The notes: a model not told the origin generated them from the sequence alone. 64,000 nt of DNA from Candidatus Staskawiczbacteria bacterium (GCA_023245155.1 JAHFKV010000001.1:203034-267033); one strand, 5' to 3'; shown: positions 28,792 through 38,577, numbered from the stretch's first letter. Made by a program: numbers and translations.

Positions 28792-30214
28792 ACCCTTTTA
28801 TATTACTACCACGTTGCCCTATGTAAATGCTGATCCGCATATCGGTTTTGCCATGGAGCTTATTCAGGCCGATGTCATTGCACGCTGCAAGCGGCAGCAA
28901 GGTTTTGAAGTATTTTTTAATATGGGGTCTGATGAGCATGGCATAAAAATATTGCGTAAAGCAGAGGAAACTAGTATGGAACCAAAAGCTTACTGTGATA
29001 TTTACGCGGCCAAATTTAACGATTTAAAAAAGGCCTTGAATGTCAGCTACGATAATTTTATCCGCACCACCGATGAGCATCACATTAAAGCTGCCCAAGA
29101 ATTTTGGCTTCGATGCCAAAAAAATGGGGATATTTATAAAAAAAATTACAAAGTAAAATATTGTGTTGGTTGTGAGTTGGAAAAAACAGATTCGGAATTA
29201 GAAAATGGCAAATGCGCAATCCATCCAAATTTACCGATAGAGCTTATTGAAGAAGAAAACTACTTTTTCAAATATTCTAAGTATCAGCAACCTTTGCTGG
29301 ATTTTTACGAAAAGAACCCAAATTTTGTAGTGCCACATTCTCGTCTGAATGAAATTACGGAATTTACCAAAAAGGGGCTTGAAGATTTTAGTATTTCCCG
29401 CTTGAAGGACAAAATGCCCTGGGGGGTGCCGGTTCCCAATGATGAAAAACACGTGATGTATGTTTGGTTTGATGCGCTAGTAGGATACATTTCCGCTTTG
29501 GGCTGGCCGGAAAATGAAAAACAATTTAAAACATTTTGGCCGGGTATGCAGGTGGCGGGCAAGGATAATTTGCGCCAGCAATCTAGCATGTGGCAGGCAA
29601 TGTTGTTGTCGGCCGATTTGCCCAATTCAAAGCAAATCTTCATCCATGGATTTATTACCGTAGGCGGGCAAAAAATGTCTAAGTCGCTGGGAAATGTGAT
29701 TGATCCGTTTGAATTGGTGAAAAAATATGGAGTGGATGCGGTAAGATATTATTTATTAAGAGAAATTACGCCTACTGAGGATGGAGATTTTACGTACGAG
29801 AAGTTTGAGCAAAGATATAATTCGGATTTGGCTGGGGGAATTGGAAACTTATTGGCGCGGACGGTGACGCTGGCTAATAATCCAAAATTTATTAAACAGG
29901 AGCCTGGAAAGATGGTTAAAGAAATCGTTGAGGGCTCAAGAGCACGAGTTGAAGAAAAAATCGAAGCATTTAGGTTCAATGAAGCTTTGGAATGGATCTG
30001 GGTTATTATCAGCAGTTGTGATCAATTCATGAGTCAGGATAAGCCTTGGGAGTGGAAGGAAGCCGCTTCGCAAACGATTTGCGACGCACTCTTTGCATTA
30101 GAGAGCATTTCTGAACTACTTTTACCATTCATGCCCGAAACCGCAGAAAAAATAGAAACAACCATTAAAACTAAAAAATCGGTGCAATTGTTTCCGCGTC
30201 TATTGACGCAATAG
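28784..30214 (+). CDS. metG: Methionine--tRNA ligase
   Basis: YVNADPHIG, DEHG, YVWFDAL, KMSKSLGN. Confidence 0.97.
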   Translation: MPKPFYITTTLPYVNADPHIGFAMELIQADVIARCKRQQGFEVFFNMGSDEHGIKILRKAEETSMEPKAYCDIYAAKFNDLKKALNVSYDNFIRTTDEHHIKAAQEFWLRCQKNGDIYKKNYKVKYCVGCELEKTDSELENGKCAIHPNLPIELIEEENYFFKYSKYQQPLLDFYEKNPNFVVPHSRLNEITEFTKKGLEDFSISRLKDKMPWGVPVPNDEKHVMYVWFDALVGYISALGWPENEKQFKTFWPGMQVAGKDNLRQQSSMWQAMLLSADLPNSKQIFIHGFITVGGQKMSKSLGNVIDPFELVKKYGVDAVRYYLLREITPTEDGDFTYEKFEQRYNSDLAGGIGNLLARTVTLANNPKFIKQEPGKMVKEIVEGSRARVEEKIEAFRFNEALEWIWVIISSCDQFMSQDKPWEWKEAASQTICDALFALESISELLLPFMPETAEKIETTIKTKKSVQLFPRLLTQ

Positions 30215-30290
30215 TAACTCTTTGCTATAGTACAGGTAGCGCAACTCAAATTCGGGCTCACGGGGGAGCTCACACACCTTTTGAAGGAGG
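30203..30290 (+). promoter_or_regulatory. Sigma70 promoter TTGACG-N17-TATAGT, leader and SD AAGGAGG of csrA
   Basis: Read directly; extended -10 TG present. Confidence 0.8.
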
Positions 30291-30299
30291 TACTTAGAC

Positions 30300-30503
30300 A
30301 TGTTGGTTCTGTCCCGTAAACTGGGCGAGAAGATTTACATCAACGACAATATCTGTATCACCGTCGTTGACATCGAACGCGGCAAAATTCGCTTGGGCAT
30401 TGAAGCCCCGCCCGATGTGCCGGTCTTTCGGCAGGAGCTCATGGCCGACAAGCACGACGCGCCCCCGCCGGCCGACAAACCGGTCGCGAGTGCCAAGGCC
30501 TAG
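30300..30503 (+). CDS. csrA: Carbon storage regulator CsrA/RsmA
   Basis: MLVLSRKLGEKI.I...I.ITVV.I.RGKIRLGIEAP.DVPVFRQEL signature. Confidence 0.95.
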   Translation: MLVLSRKLGEKIYINDNICITVVDIERGKIRLGIEAPPDVPVFRQELMADKHDAPPPADKPVASAKA

Positions 30504-30529
30504 AGGGCCGATGGCTCAACAAAACACGA

Positions 30530-30563
30530 AGCTGGGTGATCAGGATTGATTGCCCAGCTTTTT
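30530..30563 (+). terminator. Intrinsic terminator after csrA
   Basis: AAGCTGGGTGATCA-ggat-TGATTGCCCAGCTT + TTT. Confidence 0.8.
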
Positions 30564-30580
30564 ACATGTATAATTTTCAT

Positions 30581-31339
30581 ATGATAATTGATACCCATAG
30601 TCACCTGCAATTTGACGCGTTTGACGCTGACCGCGACCAAGTCATCAAAAGAATGCTAGCAGAAAATATTCAGTGTATTAATGTTGGCTGTTCTTTGGAT
30701 TCCTCTAAAAAAGCGGTTGCATTAGCCGAAAAACACGAAGGTTTTTATGCTGCGATTGGCTTGCACCCCACCGATGCTGGCGAGCCGTTTGATGTGGCGC
30801 AATATCGAGCATTGGCACAATCAAAAAAAGTAGTGGCGATCGGAGAAATCGGTTTGGATTTTTTCCATAAACCTTACGACGAACAAAAACAAAAAGATAT
30901 TTTTTTACAGCAGTTAGCTCTGGCCGAAGAACTAAATTTGCCAGTTATCATTCATTGCCGCGCCGCGCATGAGCAAATGATAGAAATATTGAGAAATCAA
31001 AAGTTGGCGCGCCTGCCGGCAGGCAGGCAGGGCGTTATTCATTGTTTTACAGGAACTTTAGAGCAAGCTCAAAAGTATGTTGAGCTTGGATTTTACCTTG
31101 GGATTGGCGGAATTATTTTTAAGTTTAACATTGATAAGGTTATCCAAGAAACTCCGCTGGCAAAATTATTGATAGAAACCGATTGCCCGTTTTTAACACC
31201 CGCGGGTGCGCCGGAAAAAAGAAACGAACCAATATTTATGAAATACACCATTGAAAAAATTGCCCAACTTAAAAATATCAGTCCAGAAATGGTTGCCTCT
31301 GCAACCACAGAAAACGCGAAAAAATTGTTCGGTGTATAA
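30581..31339 (+). CDS. tatD: TatD family DNase
   Basis: DTHSHL, IGEIGLD, IIHCR, HCFTG, ETDCP, RNEP; start moved to 30581. Confidence 0.95.
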   Translation: MIIDTHSHLQFDAFDADRDQVIKRMLAENIQCINVGCSLDSSKKAVALAEKHEGFYAAIGLHPTDAGEPFDVAQYRALAQSKKVVAIGEIGLDFFHKPYDEQKQKDIFLQQLALAEELNLPVIIHCRAAHEQMIEILRNQKLARLPAGRQGVIHCFTGTLEQAQKYVELGFYLGIGGIIFKFNIDKVIQETPLAKLLIETDCPFLTPAGAPEKRNEPIFMKYTIEKIAQLKNISPEMVASATTENAKKLFGV

Positions 31340-31345
31340 CTTTTG

Positions 31346-31423
31346 TTGCTAAAATAATGGGACAGGTGTAAAGTATAGCAATTTGCGTCGCACCTTGTTT
31401 CAGCACCTTGTTCTAAGAGGAGG
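31346..31423 (+). promoter_or_regulatory. Promoter TTGCTA-N17-TAAAGT, leader with tandem GCACCTTGTT repeat, SD AGGAGG
   Basis: Read directly. Confidence 0.65.
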
Positions 31424-31430
31424 ACGTCCC

Positions 31431-31901
31431 ATGCTGCTGTCCATGTTTTGCGTAATCGTGTTCGCAGCGGCCGAGTCGGCCACTACCGGCAACGGAATGA
31501 GCCCGGATTTGGGCAAAAAAGAGGCGCCTCCGAAAATCAGGCCGGTTGAGCCTGACACCGACCTCACGGGCTACTACACTTGCACCGGCGAAGAGGCTGG
31601 CGGCAAGAAGTACTCCGGCGTCGTTAGCCTCGTCAAGAAAAACGAAGTTTACTTAATTAGCTGGGTAGTCGGTGGCGGCTCGACGTTCTCGGGTATCGCC
31701 ATTCGACAAGGGAATAACCTCGCCGCTAGTTGGTCAGTAAACACCGAAAAGGGCCTGGTGCGCGGCGTCAATCTTTACCGCATCGAGGCGGCCAAGGATG
31801 GTCCGCGCCTAGTCGGCCGTTGGGCATCGGTTCCCGGGACCGGAGTTCAGCAAACAGAGACGTTATCATTCTTGAAAAAGATGGAGGTCGAGAAAGACTA
31901 A
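31431..31901 (+). CDS. Secreted beta-rich hypothetical protein (SD-led, GC-rich cassette)
   Basis: ATG after AGGAGG; signal-peptide-like N-terminus; LTGYYTCTG...YSG.V...Y.ISW...FSGIAI...L.GRW...TETL. Confidence 0.75.
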   Translation: MLLSMFCVIVFAAAESATTGNGMSPDLGKKEAPPKIRPVEPDTDLTGYYTCTGEEAGGKKYSGVVSLVKKNEVYLISWVVGGGSTFSGIAIRQGNNLAASWSVNTEKGLVRGVNLYRIEAAKDGPRLVGRWASVPGTGVQQTETLSFLKKMEVEKD

Positions 31902-31922
31902 AGCGAGCGGTTCGTCTCGCGC

Positions 31923-31955
31923 TCCCGCCAGGCAGCTCTGGCGGGACTTTTTTTT
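31923..31955 (+). terminator. Intrinsic terminator
   Basis: TCCCGCCAG-gcagct-CTGGCGGGA + T tract. Confidence 0.85.
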
Positions 31956-31987
31956 GCATATAAAGTGTGATAGCATAATTTAAAATA

Positions 31988-34387
31988 ATGATTAAATATA
32001 ATCCAGCTAAAATTGAAAAAAAGTGGCAAAAGAGGTGGTTTACTTCAGGCGTTTTTGAAGCGAAAAACTCTTCAAAAAAGCCAAAGTATTACCTGCTTGA
32101 CGAATTCCCGTATCCTTCGGGAGATGGGCTCCATGTGGGACATTGCCGGCCTTACATTGGTTTAGATGTGATTGCTAGGAAAAGGCGGATGCAGGGTTTC
32201 AATGTGCTTTACCCCATGGGCTGGGATGCTTTTGGCCTGCCTACGGAGAATTACGCGATTAAAAAAGGCGTTCATCCTGCCATAGTAACCAAAAAAAATA
32301 CTGCCAATTTTAAAAAGCAGATGAAAAATTTAGGGCTGTCTTTTGATTGGAGCCGGGAAATAAATACTACTGACCCAAAATATTATACATGGACGCAATG
32401 GATTTTTATCAAGTTGTTTGAAGCGGGAATGGCCTACAAAGATAAAATTAACATTAATTGGTGCCCAAAAGATAAAACGGGTTTGGCGAATGAAGAAGTG
32501 ATTAATGGTTGCTGTGAGCGCTGCGGCACTAAGGTTGAAAAGCGAGAAAAATCCCAGTGGCTGATTAAAATTACCAAATACGCTGATCGGTTAATTGAAG
32601 ATTTATCAAATGTGGATTATCCGGCGCGCGTTAAGGATCAACAAATAAATTGGATTGGCAGGAGCGAGGGAATCAACATTGATTATCAAATTGAAAATAG
32701 TAAAAAAGTTATTTCTGTTTTTACAACAAGACCCGACACTAATTTTGGCGCCACGTTTTTAGTGGTTGCCCCTGATGGAAAGTTTGTAAAAGAAAATGTG
32801 GAAGAGTTTCCTGAAAAAGAAAAAGTGAGAGCCTATGTGAAAGAATCGTTGGCCAAACCGGAAATAGATAGAACTGCAGAGGGCAAGAAAAAAACCGGGG
32901 TACCAACGGGCTGGTATGCTATCAACAACTTAAATGGCAAAAAAATGCCTATTTATGTGGGGGATTTTGTGCTGGGGCAGTTTGGAACCGGCTGCGTGGT
33001 TGGTGTGCCGGGGCACGATGTGCGCGACTTTGAATTCGCTAAAGCAATGGGGCTGGAAATTATCAGGGTGGTAGTGGGTCCCGATGGCGACAAGTCAGAA
33101 ATTACTGACGTAAAGCAAGTCCAGGAAGAAAAGGGAACCATGATAAACAGCGGATTTTTAGATGGCAGAGACATTCATGAAGCTACAAAGGTTATTATGG
33201 ATCATATAGTTGAGAAAGGTTGGGGTAAAAAGATTGTAAATTATAAACTGCGCGATTGGGTTTTTTCACGTCAGCATTATTGGGGCGAGCCGATTCCGAT
33301 GATTTATTGCGCGGCTTGTGGTTGGGTTACAGTTCCAGAAAAAGATTTACCGGTGGCATTGCCAAAAGTTACAAAATATCAGCCCACTGATGATGGCGAG
33401 TCACCCTTGAGTGCGATCGAAAAGTTTGTAAACACCAAATGTCCAAAATGTGGCGGCGCGGCAAAAAGAGAAACTGATACCATGCCAAATTGGGCAGGCT
33501 CTAATTGGTATTTTTTGCGCTACACCGATCCGAAGAATAATAAAAGTTTAGCTGATGAAAAGGTGCTAAAATATTGGATGCCCGTGGATTGGTACAACGG
33601 CGGTATGGAACATACTACGTTACATTTATTGTATTCGCGATTTATCTTTAAATTTTTGTGGGATATTGGGGCGTTACCAAAAGAAATCGGTAATGAACCT
33701 TATAAAAAGAGAACCTCCCATGGTATTGTGCTGGCTGAAGGCGGCGTGAAAATGTCAAAAAGCAAGGGAAATGTAATTAATCCGGATGATGTGGTTAAAG
33801 AATATGGCGCTGATACGTTGCGAGTGTACGAAATGTTTATGGGACCTTTCGAGCAAATGATTCCATGGGATACCAAGGGCATTGTTGGTGCACGCAGGTT
33901 TTTGGAAAAGATTTATATACTGGCGAATAAAAAAGTTGCTACAAAAAGCAGCCAGGATTTGGCATTAGCTTTAAACAAAACTATCAAAAAAGTATCGGAG
34001 GATATTGAGCTGATGAAGTTTAATACGGCAATAAGTGCCATGATGAGTTTTGTGAATGAATGGTATTCTTCAGAAACGGGATTAGACAAGAAAGACCTGC
34101 AAAAGTTTTTGACAATTTTATCGCCTTTTGCGCCGCATTTGGCTGCCGAATTAGGATTGAAAGAAAGAACATGGCCAACGTATGCAGAAATTCAGGAAGC
34201 TACGGTGATGATGATTGTTTCTGTGAATGGCAAAGTGCGCGATAAAATGGAAATGAAAAGTGGATTAGATCAAAGCCAAGTTGAAGGCTTGGTTTTACAT
34301 ACGCCAAAAATCAAACCATGGCTGGAAGGGAAACAGGTTAAGAAAATCATTTTCGTGCTAAATAAACTGATAAATATAGTCGTATGA
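31988..34387 (+). CDS. leuS: Leucine--tRNA ligase
   Basis: FPYPSG.GLHVGH, FTTRPDT, DWVFSRQHYWG, KMSKSKGN. Confidence 0.97.
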   Translation: MIKYNPAKIEKKWQKRWFTSGVFEAKNSSKKPKYYLLDEFPYPSGDGLHVGHCRPYIGLDVIARKRRMQGFNVLYPMGWDAFGLPTENYAIKKGVHPAIVTKKNTANFKKQMKNLGLSFDWSREINTTDPKYYTWTQWIFIKLFEAGMAYKDKININWCPKDKTGLANEEVINGCCERCGTKVEKREKSQWLIKITKYADRLIEDLSNVDYPARVKDQQINWIGRSEGINIDYQIENSKKVISVFTTRPDTNFGATFLVVAPDGKFVKENVEEFPEKEKVRAYVKESLAKPEIDRTAEGKKKTGVPTGWYAINNLNGKKMPIYVGDFVLGQFGTGCVVGVPGHDVRDFEFAKAMGLEIIRVVVGPDGDKSEITDVKQVQEEKGTMINSGFLDGRDIHEATKVIMDHIVEKGWGKKIVNYKLRDWVFSRQHYWGEPIPMIYCAACGWVTVPEKDLPVALPKVTKYQPTDDGESPLSAIEKFVNTKCPKCGGAAKRETDTMPNWAGSNWYFLRYTDPKNNKSLADEKVLKYWMPVDWYNGGMEHTTLHLLYSRFIFKFLWDIGALPKEIGNEPYKKRTSHGIVLAEGGVKMSKSKGNVINPDDVVKEYGADTLRVYEMFMGPFEQMIPWDTKGIVGARRFLEKIYILANKKVATKSSQDLALALNKTIKKVSEDIELMKFNTAISAMMSFVNEWYSSETGLDKKDLQKFLTILSPFAPHLAAELGLKERTWPTYAEIQEATVMMIVSVNGKVRDKMEMKSGLDQSQVEGLVLHTPKIKPWLEGKQVKKIIFVLNKLINIVV

Positions 34388-35127
34388 TTAAAAAAGTGGT
34401 GGTTTCGGCGGCGGGGCATGGCACTCGCATGCTGGAACTTTCAAAAGACAAGCCAAAGCATTTAATTGAAGTGGAACAAAAGCCGTTTTTGGCGTACTTG
34501 TTGGACAATGTTTTTACTGCCGGATACCAAGAGGTTATTTTAGTCGTAGGCTACAAACAAGAAGCCATGCAAGCATTTGTGGCCAGCTACACTTTTGGTG
34601 GTGCGCCGCAAAACATTTCCCTGGTTAGTCAATTTGAAATATTGGGGCCAAAAGAGCAGGGTGACTATGGTACCGCTTGCCCGCTCAAATGCGTTAAAGA
34701 ACAGGTGAAGGGCGAAGATTTTATTTCTTTGGTGGGCGATAATTTTTATACGGTGGAAGATTTAAAAGCCATGGATAAAGATGATGCATTTTGCTATGTT
34801 GCCGGGCGAGTGGAGGAACATCCCGAAAAGTTTGGGGTGTTAATAGAAAATGGTCAATTTTTGAAAGAAATTATTGAAAAACCTAAAACGTTTGTGGGGA
34901 ATTTGGTAAATACCAGTTTGTATAAATTTACGCCGGATGTGTTTGAAAAATTGCCGTTAATTGGCAAATCGGTGCGTGGTGAATATGAAATTACGGATGT
35001 TATCTCGCTTTTGGCTAAAGATGGTAAAGTGAAAATAGTAACAACGAAAAATTACTGGATGGATTTTGGCCGGCCGGAGGATATTGAAAAATTCCAAGGT
35101 TATTTGAAAGATGAAAAATCTAAATAA
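34384..35127 (+). CDS. Sugar-phosphate nucleotidyltransferase family protein
   Basis: AAGHGTRM..L....PKHL, GD, EKP, RGEYEITD. Confidence 0.88.
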   Translation: MIKKVVVSAAGHGTRMLELSKDKPKHLIEVEQKPFLAYLLDNVFTAGYQEVILVVGYKQEAMQAFVASYTFGGAPQNISLVSQFEILGPKEQGDYGTACPLKCVKEQVKGEDFISLVGDNFYTVEDLKAMDKDDAFCYVAGRVEEHPEKFGVLIENGQFLKEIIEKPKTFVGNLVNTSLYKFTPDVFEKLPLIGKSVRGEYEITDVISLLAKDGKVKIVTTKNYWMDFGRPEDIEKFQGYLKDEKSK

Positions 35128-35653
35128 GGCAGTAGCTGTTTTAAAAAGGGGCGGAATAATAATTTGCCCAACAGACACAGTGTATGGATTTTTGGCGGCT
35201 GCTAGTAATAAAAAAGCAGTTGAAAAAATTTACAAAATAAAAAAGAGACCAAAGCCACTGTCAGTTTTTGTAAAAAATCTAACTACTGCAAAAAAACTAG
35301 CTTTCGTTAACGAAAAAGCCCAAAAACTTTTGCTTAATCCAAAAGTAACAGTTGTCCTAAAAAGAAAATCGGGCATCAAGCTTTATGGCATGGCAAAAAA
35401 CAATACTGTTGCTATAAGAATTCCAAATTACAGGTTTCTAAATGATTTGCTAAAAAAAATAAACCGGCCGCTGGTACAAACTTCAGCTAATTTGAGTGGT
35501 CAGGAGCCCTTGAAAACTGGGGAGCAAATAATGGCCACCTTTGGAAAATCCAAGCTTGTAGGGCTAATTGTAACCTCTAGTAAGCCCCTGGGAGGTAAAT
35601 CTTCGAAAGTCATTGATTTAGCTGGTAAAAATGTCAAAATAATAAGAAAGTAA
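35111..35653 (+). CDS. tsaC: L-threonylcarbamoyladenylate synthase (YrdC/TsaC)
   Basis: PTDTVYG, KKR..KPL, AIRIP, TSAN.SG. Confidence 0.92.
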   Translation: MKNLNKAVAVLKRGGIIICPTDTVYGFLAAASNKKAVEKIYKIKKRPKPLSVFVKNLTTAKKLAFVNEKAQKLLLNPKVTVVLKRKSGIKLYGMAKNNTVAIRIPNYRFLNDLLKKINRPLVQTSANLSGQEPLKTGEQIMATFGKSKLVGLIVTSSKPLGGKSSKVIDLAGKNVKIIRK

Positions 35654-35657
35654 ACGT

Positions 35658-36905
35658 ATGCCAAAACTCTCAAAACAAGATACGCAAATTGCAAAATTGA
35701 TAGACTTGGAAGCGAAGCGGCAAAAGGAGTCGCTACAGATGATTGCTTCGGAAAATCATTGCTCGCCGGCGGTGCGGGAAGCTTTGGGCAGTGTTTTGAC
35801 GGATAAATATGCTGAAGGATATCCGGGCAAAAGATATTATGGCGGAAATCAATATATTGATATGGTGGAAAATATTTGTATTGATAGGGCAAAAAAGTTA
35901 TTTGGTGTGGAGCATGTGAATGTGCAGCCGCATTCGGGTTCGCCAGCCAACGCTGCAGTGTATGTGGCAACCTGCTTGCCTGGGGAGACGATTATGGGAT
36001 TGGCTTTGCCCATGGGTGGGCATTTAACACATGGCACCAAAATCAGTTTTGGCGGAAAGTTTTTTAATGCGGTGCAATATGCGGTGGATGAAAAAACCCA
36101 TTTAATTAATTATGATACGCTGGCAAAAATGGTTTTGGAACATAAGCCAAAACTTATTTGGGTGGGTGCGACGGCGTACCCACGATTTTTTGATTGGAAG
36201 AAGCTAGGCGAAATTGCGGATTCTGTTGGCGCCTATTTAGCCGCTGATATTGCGCACATTGCTGGCTTGGTTGCAGGAGGCGCACATCCAAGTCCTGTGC
36301 CCTACGTACACATTGTAACCACTACTACGCACAAAACATTGCGCGGTCCGCGCGGTGGTATGATTATGGTAACAGCCAAAGGTTTAAAGAAAGATGCAGA
36401 ATTGCCCAAGAAAATTGATAAAGCCGTTTTTCCAGGGCTTCAAGGCGGGCCACATGAAAATGCCATTGCCGCCATTGCTGTTTGCTTGAAAGAAGCTTCG
36501 GCGCCAGCGTTTAAAACATATGCTAAGCAAATTGTAAAAAATGCTAAGACGTTGGCGGAGGAGTTAAAAAAATATGGGTTTATATTAATGAGTGGCGGTA
36601 CGGATAATCATTTAATGGTGATCGATTTGAGAAATAAAAACATCACGGGAGCCGAGGCACAGGATTTGCTGGAAAGCGCGGGGATAAGTGCCAACAGAAA
36701 TAGTATTCCGTATGACCCGGCTGGCCCATTTAAGCCATCGGGAATTCGCTTGGGAACTCCAGCCATTACCACTCGCGGTATGAAAGAAAAAGAAATGAAA
36801 CTGATTGCGGGATGGATTGATGAAGTTATTTCAAATCCTTCTAAGGCTAAAAAAATAGCGCAGGAAGTTAAGAAATTATGCAAGAAATTCCCACTTCCAA
36901 AATAG
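35658..36905 (+). CDS. glyA: Serine hydroxymethyltransferase
   Basis: IASEN, YAEGYPGKRYYGG, TTTTHKTLRGPRGG. Confidence 0.98.
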   Translation: MPKLSKQDTQIAKLIDLEAKRQKESLQMIASENHCSPAVREALGSVLTDKYAEGYPGKRYYGGNQYIDMVENICIDRAKKLFGVEHVNVQPHSGSPANAAVYVATCLPGETIMGLALPMGGHLTHGTKISFGGKFFNAVQYAVDEKTHLINYDTLAKMVLEHKPKLIWVGATAYPRFFDWKKLGEIADSVGAYLAADIAHIAGLVAGGAHPSPVPYVHIVTTTTHKTLRGPRGGMIMVTAKGLKKDAELPKKIDKAVFPGLQGGPHENAIAAIAVCLKEASAPAFKTYAKQIVKNAKTLAEELKKYGFILMSGGTDNHLMVIDLRNKNITGAEAQDLLESAGISANRNSIPYDPAGPFKPSGIRLGTPAITTRGMKEKEMKLIAGWIDEVISNPSKAKKIAQEVKKLCKKFPLPK

Positions 36906-37399
36906 ATTTACAGGTGTTTAACCTGATTAACGGTTTTGCGAAAAAATCCAGGGTTCTGGATTTTTTCGCTGTGTTCTGCGCAGAATATTTGGGCTATCTT
37001 TTTGCTGGTATTTTATTGGTGCTAGCCTTCTGGTTTGGCCGGTGGCAATTGTTTGTTGAGCCATTAGCGGCGGGGTTTTTAGCCAGATGCAGTAATGAAA
37101 TAGTATATCTTTTTTACCAACGTAAAAGGCCAATGGAAGTTTTGCCCATTACCACATTAATAAAAAAACCGAACCATCCGGCCTTTCCCTCTGGCCATAC
37201 CTCATTCTTTTTTGCAGCTTCATTTTGCTTGCTACTGTTTAGTACCCAATTGGCGATACTATTTTTAGCGGCAAGTGCTCTTGTTGGATTTTTCAGGGTA
37301 TTTTGCGGAGTCCATTGGCCTAGCGATATTTTGGGCGGAATCGGTGCCGGTTTCATTTCTTTTTTGATGCTAATGTGTTTGATAACAATAATCTTGTAA
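36878..37399 (+). CDS. PAP2 family phosphatase
   Basis: RKRP, AFPSGH, RVFCGVHWPSD. Confidence 0.9.
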   Translation: MQEIPTSKIDLQVFNLINGFAKKSRVLDFFAVFCAEYLGYLFAGILLVLAFWFGRWQLFVEPLAAGFLARCSNEIVYLFYQRKRPMEVLPITTLIKKPNHPAFPSGHTSFFFAASFCLLLFSTQLAILFLAASALVGFFRVFCGVHWPSDILGGIGAGFISFLMLMCLITIIL

Positions 37400-37414
37400 G
37401 AGTTATTCCAATCC

Positions 37415-38026
37415 ATGGATACAAATTTCCATTATTTTGCACCAGGTGAACATGCTGTATATAAAAAGATAAGAAAATTACGGGACTTTTTAGTTCATTT
37501 TTTAGTGAAAATCTTCACGTTGTTAAAAATAACACCCAACATGGTTACGTTGGCCAGCTTTCTTTGTATCTTATTTTTTGTGTATTTTTGCGTGCGTAAT
37601 CCATTAGTCGCTTTATTTTTTCTTGGTTTTCATATGATTCTTGACGGTATCGATGGGCCATTTGCCAGATTGACTAATCGGGCAAATTCTGCGGGGGCAT
37701 TCCTTGATATGCTTAATGACCATACGGGTTTGGTTATTGTGATGGGATCATTGGTATTTTACTCCCTATTAAATCTTGTTATTGGTTTGATATACATATA
37801 TCTTTATTCTTTGCTCGTGATTTTCCTGGTACTGCGCAATATGCTTGGAATACATCCAGCATTCACACTAAGGACCAAACATGTGCCGTATCTTACGTAC
37901 GTTCTATGGGCAGTTACGGCTATAAATATTTTTGATAAGATAATGATAGTATGTATTATTATCACCTTAATTCCGTTGACGGAAAGCTTGCGTGCACTTC
38001 TCCGTTTTTTAAAAGATACAAAATAG
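37415..38026 (+). CDS. CDP-alcohol phosphatidyltransferase family protein
   Basis: TPN.VT; DGIDGPFAR....GAFLDMLND matches DxxDGxxAR..GxxxDxxxD. Confidence 0.9.
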   Translation: MDTNFHYFAPGEHAVYKKIRKLRDFLVHFLVKIFTLLKITPNMVTLASFLCILFFVYFCVRNPLVALFFLGFHMILDGIDGPFARLTNRANSAGAFLDMLNDHTGLVIVMGSLVFYSLLNLVIGLIYIYLYSLLVIFLVLRNMLGIHPAFTLRTKHVPYLTYVLWAVTAINIFDKIMIVCIIITLIPLTESLRALLRFLKDTK

Positions 38027-38029
38027 CAT

Positions 38030-38572
38030 ATGTATAGTATTTACCAAATCATAGGAGTTTTTTGGCTTTTACTTCCAGCTGGTGTTTCCAATATGATGCC
38101 AGTTTTTGTGAAAGGGGTTGACGTTCTTAATTATCCCATTGATCATGGCCTGAAATTTGGTGGTAAAGAACTGCTGGGGCCCAATAAAACATGGCGGGGA
38201 CTTTTCTTCGGGACTATTGCGGGCATTATAGTAGTATATATCCAAGTTTTTCTGTATCCTTATGTCCAAAAATATGCTCTGTTGGATTATTCTGCTATCA
38301 GTCCTTTAGCCATAGGATTTTTACTGGGGTTCGGGGCTTTAGCTGGTGATAGTGTGAAAAGTTTTTTTAAAAGGCGGACGGGCATTCAACCTGGCAAAAC
38401 ATGGTGGGTTTTTGATCAAATAGACTGGATCGTGGGGGCATTTGTTTTTCTTGCACTCTATCATGTGTTCGGATTACACGTGTATGTTACCGGAATAATT
38501 CTGATGGGAATTTTGCACCCGGCAATAAATATAATTGGATATGTGTTAGGAATAAAAAAGAATGTTTTTTAA
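38030..38572 (+). CDS. CarS-like (CDP-archaeol synthase family) cytidylyltransferase
   Basis: PA..NM.PV, PID.G, G.NKTWRG, GALAGD.VKSFFKRR.GI.PG, DQID. Confidence 0.85.
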   Translation: MYSIYQIIGVFWLLLPAGVSNMMPVFVKGVDVLNYPIDHGLKFGGKELLGPNKTWRGLFFGTIAGIIVVYIQVFLYPYVQKYALLDYSAISPLAIGFLLGFGALAGDSVKSFFKRRTGIQPGKTWWVFDQIDWIVGAFVFLALYHVFGLHVYVTGIILMGILHPAINIIGYVLGIKKNVF

Positions 38573-38577
38573 CTTTT

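Noticed and set aside
31383..31430. Upstream TTG start for the secreted protein
   Set aside because: The strong SD and promoter position favour ATG at 31431.
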